Assembly: GCA_051362555.1 (NCBI GenBank)
Contig: CM120645.1
Span: forward strand, 11,284,001-11,348,000
DNA: 64,000 nt
DNA from: Lingula anatina
Lineage: Eukaryota; Animalia; Brachiopoda
Reading direction: 5' to 3'
Part shown: positions 56,423 to 64,000 of the stretch, piece after piece
Layout of the letters: the number at the start of each line of letters is the position of its first letter
How positions within the stretch are numbered: position 1 is the stretch's first letter
Notes under the pieces: generated by a model
Database searches by the model: none
What the model was told of the DNA's origin: nothing
Seen by the model: the letters and a program-made list of their open reading frames with translations, nothing else
Translations under genes and position numbers: made by a program

Positions 56423-56891
56423 TGTGTGAGCGTGAATGTTTGCAATGTGTCAACGTTAGAAAAAATAAAGACTGAATAAAGCATTGTAAAAAACAAAATC
56501 ATTTATTTGATAAATTCATAACAGCTGAGAATACGAATCTTCACTAAACGTGTGTTCTTACTGTTATCTAAACGAGTATTTATCTTTAATTCTAAACAAT
56601 TATTGCATGAAAGTAATAAATTCTATTAGGACATTGACATGGAACTTGAAATGTATTTAATAACTTTAGAAGTAATTAAGGCATTCATACTTGTAAGAAA
56701 TATATGTTCCAATCCACACTTGAATTTGACACTTACAAAAACAAAAAATATGCAAATGTCAACGGAAAGAATCAACCCAAACGTAAAATTGACATAATAT
56801 TATACTGTGCAGTGTGTTTTTTGCTATAAAGATGCGAGTCATCTCGTTGAAGTGGTTGTCAGAACTTCTGTCACGCCACTGCAGGCATCAT

Positions 56892-59800
56892 CTAGGCGCA
56901 TGCGCCGTTTTTATTTCGTATTTGCTGAAATGAAGCGAGCAAGGTATAAAATGAAATATGAGCTCTAAAGGCAGCAATTTTTAAGGTTGATATTCTTAGT
57001 TAAAATTATTATATTATATTCAACCAACAAAATTATCTTCTTTGACTAGAAACAGATTTTTTGCATATGTGAAATGCTGTAACTTATTAATAAATACAAC
57101 TCGCATTACAGTGCTAGATATTGTTGAAAAGGAAAGCTGACCTCTTTCAAGGAAAAATTCTTTTTAAAATATCAAAACTCCCTTATTCAATTGACACTTT
57201 CATCCACTTTTTTTCTTCTTGAACGACCAACTATTTTGACAATTTCGTCAATTTTTTTGTATACTTTTAAAAATATTTTGCCAGCAAACAACCAGACAAA
57301 ACAAAGCCGATGCAAGTATCTTCCTTCGTGCATATATACAAAGATAGCCATTGTGAAAATGAAACGTTGAATAGAGACATGTGGGAGATAAAGCATTATT
57401 TTCATATAGTACTTGAAACTATCCAATGATGAAGAAAAATCTCGTCGTCTTATTGGCAAATTGATTCTGATTTGGAAAAAAAAAATCAAGAAATCTTACC
57501 CAATGGTCCCAGGTCCTTATCTCAGCGTACATGGCAGCGCCAGGACTCACAAACCCGGACACCTGGCAGTGAGCGTATATGACATAATCCTGGGTTAATT
57601 TTCCTAAATACGCCCCATACTGCAGCAGGCGACGAGCAGTTAAGATTGAGGAATTTGGCGGCAAACTCGTTTCAAAGTTGCCCGTGAAACCAATGCCTAT
57701 GCTATCGTAGTTCCACCTAATGTCGAAAAAAACTTTTACTCTAAATCTAAATCTGTCTGCACCTTACAGTTATCGACTCAGTGTCACTTGGGACTAGTAG
57801 ACCCCAGAGAACCTCAAGGACTATTAATTTGAAACTAAATGTAGATATATAAATATCGGAAATTAAGTCAAAACAATAGCTACTAAACTGACTGGTGATT
57901 TCATATCACGTTTTTTTTTAAATTTCAACGTCAAAACTACTAGTCGTTTGTATCTCAGACCGCTGGCAAACATAGTAGACATAATAGCTGTGACTGGTGA
58001 GGTTAAAATATTTAACCAAATATTTAAACATTTGACTTATGTGAATTAAATTTCTTATAGATTCCAAAATATTTAGTATGCACTATCAGAAAACTGTGCC
58101 AATGCGAACACCAATCTGTACTTGAAATGCTTCTTTTCTGTAAAGTTTATATATCGGGGTATATTAAGCAAAAATTGATCCAATATGTTACCAGTCGATT
58201 ATATTCAAGTAGTCTGGGAGACGGGCACTCGGCTAGATATTTACCCTCTTGTATGTCTTCCTATTTGGTCCCATCCTGTCCCTTCATATACCACTCCATC
58301 TCCACCGACCATGAAGTTGTACCCTATGTCACCCCAGCCTGAAACAGCCATTGAAACGTATTTACACTGTTTCACACGATTCCAGTCAATAAGATAAATC
58401 CCTTTACACGCGATTTCAACCCTGACCTTTTTTTTTTTTTTTTTTTTTTTTTGGGGGGGGGGGGTAGTGACTTCCTGATTTACAAGAAAAACCAAGGTAA
58501 AAAAACTGTTTCCAAGAAAGAACACATTTTAAACGATTAAGAATTAAGCTGATCACGCCGGAGAAAAAAATCTTTGCAAAGTGGTGAAAATTGCGAATAG
58601 TTTATAACGTGTGTGGAAAATTCAAAAGGTACAAGTTTCTTCCCGTTTGATTATTTAATAGCTGTGTAATATGTCTAACAAAACTGAATTTTAAAATTAT
58701 AAATAACAATCATCTAATTTTATATAACAAGCAACGAAGAATTTGAAAAAATCCTTAATAGTGTGTAAAATACCTCGAGCTTTCATGTGGAATTTCTGTG
58801 TCCATTTGACTTCCATGCAGCAATAGCTAGTGCCGTTACAGCGGGCCCCTGCCGTATGAGCTATGACGGCGTAAGGGACGGGTTGAGTTCGGTACGGGTA
58901 CTCCCCAAGAGGAGCTTTAGCTCCCCAGCCATCTCGACTAACGAAAGGAAATTCGACTTGCTTACCTACAGAATAAAGTTTCCAAATAATTTTTTTTAGA
59001 AGTGGGTTTATTTATCTTATATGTCACAGGGATACCAGCAGTTAAGATATACAGTGTATATTTCATGTCAAACGCATTAAATTCAATATATTAAAAAAAA
59101 CAATATTTTTGTACAAAACGATTTCAAAATCAATTATCAATATTGCGTATGGAGCTATCAATAAAGAAGTAAATGTAGCTCGATAATAAAAAAGACTTTA
59201 GATGACCTCACAGCACAAAATTACCTTTCCACCTGAAGGTAATATTTTCAGGTGTAACCTTCTCACACACAGAGGTAGGGGCGTGGTCGTAAGGTGGCGT
59301 TTCATTTGAATGAACGATGAATGAGACAGCCAAAATAACAGCGACTGTTGTTGAGACTAGTACTGCAGTGATGGCCACGTAAAGACGTGCCCTTCGTCGC
59401 TTAGCAGTTGCCTTCGCGTCCTCTTTATCTCCAGTACTACATTCCGTTTGTAGAATATATTCGGGGTTTCCACCAAGGCGACGCAAAGGGTCACTGAGAT
59501 CATTAAAAATAGTCTCAAAATTTTCCACCTGAATGTTGTTTGGGCTCACAGCAGATAATCTGTGGCAAAGGTCTTTTATTCTGATCACGTCGTGTTCCGG
59601 CTTTGAATCGTCTTGATTCGACAGTGTTGACCAATCCGCGTCCTTTAGTGCTATGTTTTTAACAAGGATGTACAGCAGGGACAAGTCCATATCATGTATG
59701 TTAATGCTCCCCGAGCTTGGGCAAAGTAAAGAGAATTGCTTTTCAGTTAAAACATTGTTGTTCCTCAATACCTTAAGAACGCTCAGGTTCTGCGGTTTCT

Positions 59801-60567
59801 CTAGGAAGGCCTGCAGTTGGCGCGTTTTAATTCCGCACACCTTTGTGAAATAGTCTCTCATGCATCGCGTGCATTCGTTTATGGTTCGGGCGTACAATTG
59901 CTCGCTTGTGCATCTATCTAAAACACGACAATATATTTTAATGTGAATCTTATATTACAACGGCTAGGTTTTTTGTTTATTCAGTTTAACCCTTCCTGTG
60001 TTTTGCTTTATTTCTTTCTAACTTCTGTTTCAAAATGTTTGATTCACTTTCCCTTGGCGTAAGATAATTTCACTACTAGTACCCCGGTATGTATTCATGG
60101 CCGAAAAATGAACAGTAGCCTAAATCATTTAATTCTAACGCACATTTTCATTTAACTATAACTGTTGTTAATAAAGCGTTTAAACATGCACTAGTAAAAA
60201 CACTTACGCTGATACATTTCCAACGTACGCATTACTTACATTTTATAAGAAATTCCTTCTGTCTCGATTTTATATCCGACTCCAGTGGGGCTTCTACATC
60301 TGTGTCTATGTTAATCACCTCGACGACGTCTTGGCGACCTATTTCCGAGCATATCTTGCACAAATCCACTAATAATTCGTCGTCTGCTTTACCAGACTTG
60401 TGTTTATAGCTAAGCAGAACACTTTTTGTAGGTTCAGCTTCTCGCTCCAGTTTGCGGATTTCGAGGAAGGTGAATCCCATTCTATGTGCCACCATTCTCC
60501 AATCGTTCCCAAACACGTCTGTGGGGTCCAACAGAAGTGCAATTTCCTGTAAGGTCTTGTAATCCAT
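56892..60567 (-). CDS. Type II transmembrane PGRP with N-terminal Death domain and DZIP3-like HEPN domain (about 518 aa)
   Basis: Exons 60567-60240 (death domain: [32 protein letters not shown]), 59917-59225 (HEPN-like: [38 protein letters not shown]; then KRRRAR + [26 protein letters not shown]), 58965-58774 ([25 protein letters not shown]), 58338-58245 ([27 protein letters not shown]), 57716-57500 ([33 protein letters not shown]) and 56924-56892 ([10 protein letters not shown]; least certain, read-through would stop at 57419). Phases 1,1,1,2,0 are consistent; total 1557 nt. Confidence 0.88.
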
Positions 60568-63081
60568 CTTTCTTTGATAATAGTCAGATTGGAACGTAGT
60601 AGGTTGCTTCAGATTCCGGGTATAAAAATGTCCCCTTACGAGCCTCAGTTATACACATTGGATGACGACCTTTAAGTGCAAGTCACAAGATTTTCGCTGT
60701 GAATTGACATGGTAAAGGATTGCCTAAACTCGCAACTGTAATTCAGAAACCACTGGGGTTGATTTTCTTCCTGAAACGGGAATAGATTAAGTGCGCAGTT
60801 TTCTGCGTCTGATTCATGTCACGTACGGTGTCAAGATCAAGCTAGTAAACTTCCAACTTGAACAACGTACGATAAAAGTCAAAGTTGAGTCACCGCACTG
60901 AACAGAGCGCAATCCTAATATAAATCAGGAAACTTAATATAGGTCAAAAGCATAAAAACAGGTCTTTCTGAGTATCATTGTTCTGGTTGGCCACAAACAA
61001 AAGGCAGTGTCTGTGTTAGTGAGGTCGACTTTACTGAATTACATAAGCAGGTACACAAAGTGCTAACTCTCTAACCCTACAGATTTGTGGGTCCTGAATA
61101 GCAAATTAGGATGATGGGACCCTTAAGTGTTATTAACGTTCGACCTCTGTTGCCGCGTCTTGCCAAATGAGAAAGAAATAAAAAACCAAAATCATAATCA
61201 AAGAAATGCAATCATCGGCGTAATAAGGTCCAGTAACTCGTTAATGTGCACACCTTTAAATATCCACATGCTTTTAAACATATACTTACATCAGCAGCAT
61301 TCTCTTCTTCCCGGATCTGAAGTTGCAATGAACTCACGTCACTGGCAAAACACACAGACTCTGGCAGGACTTAAATAGTTCCGTTTAAGAGAGGTCAAAA
61401 AGGGAGGTCATGAAATGCGCGTGCAGATCGTAATATGGAAACTTGGGTCAACAGCTTGCGTCATTACGAAGAGTCACGAAACTTTTGTTACCCAAAATTC
61501 ATTACTTAGAAGTAGATTCTTAATAATAATAATAATAATTTATTTCTTCTTCCCAGGACATAATGAAACGAAATATAGCAAATCAATGTCTTTCTATTTT
61601 ATAATATAATATCATATAATTTTTTTTACACATTTTTAATCTCGTTGGCACTCAGAAGGAATATAATTCTGAACAGATATACAGCATATGTGTATTCCGA
61701 CTTTGTCATTATCTGTAAACTTTTAGTTACGCCAAAGTAATTCTCCATAAGTGATATAAGTGCGCCCTTTGCTTAACAGTGCACATTCACTGAATTTGAT
61801 TCGCTTCGGTATGAATGCAATAAAAATTAATGAATTCTACAATAGATGCGAAATATTACTCAACCTAACTGGTAGGACCAAGGATTAAGGCAGAAAAACA
61901 TATCAGGGCTCAAAGGTGGTTGTCCTATCCTCAGAACATTGTGCATATCCAACAAATCACTCACCAGACGAGTCCTGTGTCTACGAGCCCCCTTTTGACC
62001 ATCGATGGACCATCTTGATTCAGCTAAACCACATTGATTCCAGTGCTGGTTGAGCAGGTTCCGGTGTAACGAAACTGAGGGCCCATGTAACCGAAAGTCC
62101 GCCCTCCATATAGTTTTTATGGTTAGGGTTATCCTGACCTAATTGGGTCCAAATCTAGGGCGCGGCTTACCTGTAGAAATGGGGGACTCTGTTACGTTAC
62201 ACCGGTGCCCCTGGACCCCTTACCGTAACATTCTCAAAAGATGTCTTCCTTCATTTGCAAAAGGTGACTTCAGGGATACCACAGACTCTACCGTGATAAC
62301 GCACATGCACAAGGGCGTTGTCGGGTGAGTGATTAGGTGCAGAAACCACAGCCGTCTTTGGTTATATTGTTATATTGTTCGTTGTTGTGAATCTCCAACC
62401 ATTCTGAGAAAACTTTTCCAAGTAGAACAGTTCCGTGAAATCACATTTAATTACTTTTCTATTTTCAGTGCATTTCCAAACTTAAAATTTCGGAAGCAAA
62501 CACAAAGGAACATTTATTTTTTATTAATCTGAGCAAGATGCAGCATATACAGGTTTCTGCAACGTCATTTTCTGTAAACGTGGTTGTTAATCGCTATAGT
62601 AACGAGCACGATGAGTCCTTTATTGAAAAGATTTATTGTTCACCAACACCACCAAAACACATATGTTCCCTTAGCTGTCTGACTACATTATACACCACCT
62701 ACTACTGTAAATGCCACTATAAATGGATAACAGTGGATAATAGAGTGATAAAAAAATAACGTTTTAACCTAGTTTTCACTCTGACCTTGATTAAGCCTTA
62801 TATAGCCCTTATATTAAGCGTGAAGGCAAATATCAACGCAATCTGATCTCACCCAAAGCATTCTTGCTCATGTATCCCAATAAGTCAGACGTTGACCATG
62901 CAATAACAGGATGAGGAGAATTTGGTTTCCGAAAGTGCAGCTTTAAATACATACTGCTATAATAGTACATAAGGGAGATACCCTAACTCAAGCGGATGGT
63001 TATCATAAGTATGATACCATAGGAGACCAATGTCGATAATGAATATGCAGTGAAATCCAGGGTGGCCAACGCATGCTGCTA

Positions 63082-63134
63082 AATCGCACTTGGTTCTGAA
63101 CATAAGGTGGGCCATTGTCATTCCAGTATGGCCT
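63082..63134 (-). pseudogene. Remnant duplicate of the 3' end of the SGNH-like gene
   Basis: 27 bp (63108-63134) are identical to 63624-63650. It translates GHTGMTMAHLMFRTKCDL versus GHTGMTMAQLLFRVICDY* in the intact copy. Confidence 0.7.
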
Positions 63135-63592
63135 TAACATTACTGTGATTAAACCGGTCTTATTTTTGTGTACACTGGTTAAACATACCGTATAGATCGA
63201 TAGATCGATCGGGAATAAAACAAGTAGATGAAAATAAACTAATTTTTTTAAAATTCCAGCCTTTTCCTAAAAGTGAATGTCTACAGTCTGCTGCTTAACA
63301 GTAAAAGTGTATTGTTTCAAATTCACGTCGATAAAAATACAATCATGGTGAACAACAAGAAATATGGGCTCATCTTTGTTGATTCTTCTATTGCTGTGAT
63401 GAAAACAAAAATACAAGCAATCACGGCCTCGTCCTCGTAGGGTTTTGTCATCATATATATATGCCAACTATCCTAACTTTATGGCCAAACATCAAATACA
63501 TGAACTCAAAAACCGATGGCGACGACAAGCATTTGTTTTTATTAGAGAGATGATGCTATGACATTGGGGTAGTAAGTACCGGTGTGTGTGTG

Positions 63593-64000
63593 TTAATAAT
63601 CACAGATAACTCGAAATAAAAGTTGGGCCATTGTCATTCCAGTATGGCCTGATAAATGTCTTGGGTCGTTCCCTATTGGACATAAATAATGTGCACCGTC
63701 ACACTGGGTCCATTTCATTGGGTTGAGAATATTGAAACCGTCTATTACTTCTACACCATATTTTACCAGCTTCTCTCTGATGATTCCGTTGACCGCTGCA
63801 ACCATGTAATCATTTCCATCCCTTTCGCCATAAACTCTCGGCAGAATATTAAGATATATAAGACGGATGTTTGCAGTGTTGGGGTTTTCCCGCAGAACGC
63901 CTAGGAACTCCACAAAATGGGGAATAACATGTTTTACAAGATTGTAGGCACTCTCGTTTATATTCGCCATATGGTGTATCCCAAATCCCATTAATATAAC
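63593..64000 (-). CDS. C-terminal part of an SGNH/PC-esterase-like hydrolase or O-acyltransferase (5' part outside the window)
   Basis: Open frame to the edge with G.G.H.., ..V.A.N.II.E.L..GV.VID.F and DGAH (DxxH catalytic loop), then a terminal helix ending LLF.VIC. This layout resembles the NXPE/PCED/CPED-type SGNH C-terminus. Confidence 0.7.
   Translation of the reverse strand, partial: VILMGFGIHHMANINESAYNLVKHVIPHFVEFLGVLRENPNTANIRLIYLNILPRVYGERDGNDYMVAAVNGIIREKLVKYGVEVIDGFNILNPMKWTQCDGAHYLCPIGNDPRHLSGHTGMTMAQLLFRVICDY

Noticed and set aside
60232-60567. Stand-alone death-domain protein or MyD88
   Set aside because: No TIR domain follows, and a GTAAGT donor at 60239 splices in phase to the HEPN-TM exon.
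60600-61000. NF-kB sites upstream of the PGRP receptor
   Set aside because: Only partial matches (e.g. GGGGACATTT on the minus strand); none fits GGGRNNYYCC.
62060-62230. GGTTAGGGTT telomere-like motif and short inverted repeats (also near 6181)
   Set aside because: Single units only; probably decayed repeat fragments, not an interstitial telomere or a definable element.

Overview
AT-rich, intron-rich animal genomic DNA. It looks like a marine invertebrate, probably a mollusc or other lophotrochozoan; this is an inference from the gene content and repeat types. I reconstructed nine protein-coding genes by hand from GT-AG junctions and reading phase: (1) a mucin + calcium-binding-EGF protein (-, likely continuing beyond the left edge) that appears to have two mutually exclusive signal-peptide exons; (2) a single-coding-exon neuropeptide precursor releasing R-x-F-M/I-amides; (3) a 10-Cys prokineticin/astakine-like secreted protein; (4) a class II ARF (ARF4/5); (5) GPR180, head-to-head with (6) TGDS, as in human; (7) a type I membrane protein with an all-mucin ectodomain and a tyrosine-motif-rich tail; (8) a type II membrane protein built as Death domain - degenerate DZIP3-like HEPN - TM - non-catalytic PGRP; (9) the 3' end of an SGNH-type esterase/acyltransferase. 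Gene 8 is the most striking candidate for an undescribed system: a putative one-chain peptidoglycan receptor wired directly to a death domain. Mobile DNA includes a Helentron/HINE-like element, a hAT-like deletion derivative with a 6-bp TSD, a MITE with a 5-bp TSD and a fold-back element. All exon models are manual predictions without transcript support, and family calls come from motif recognition, not database searches.
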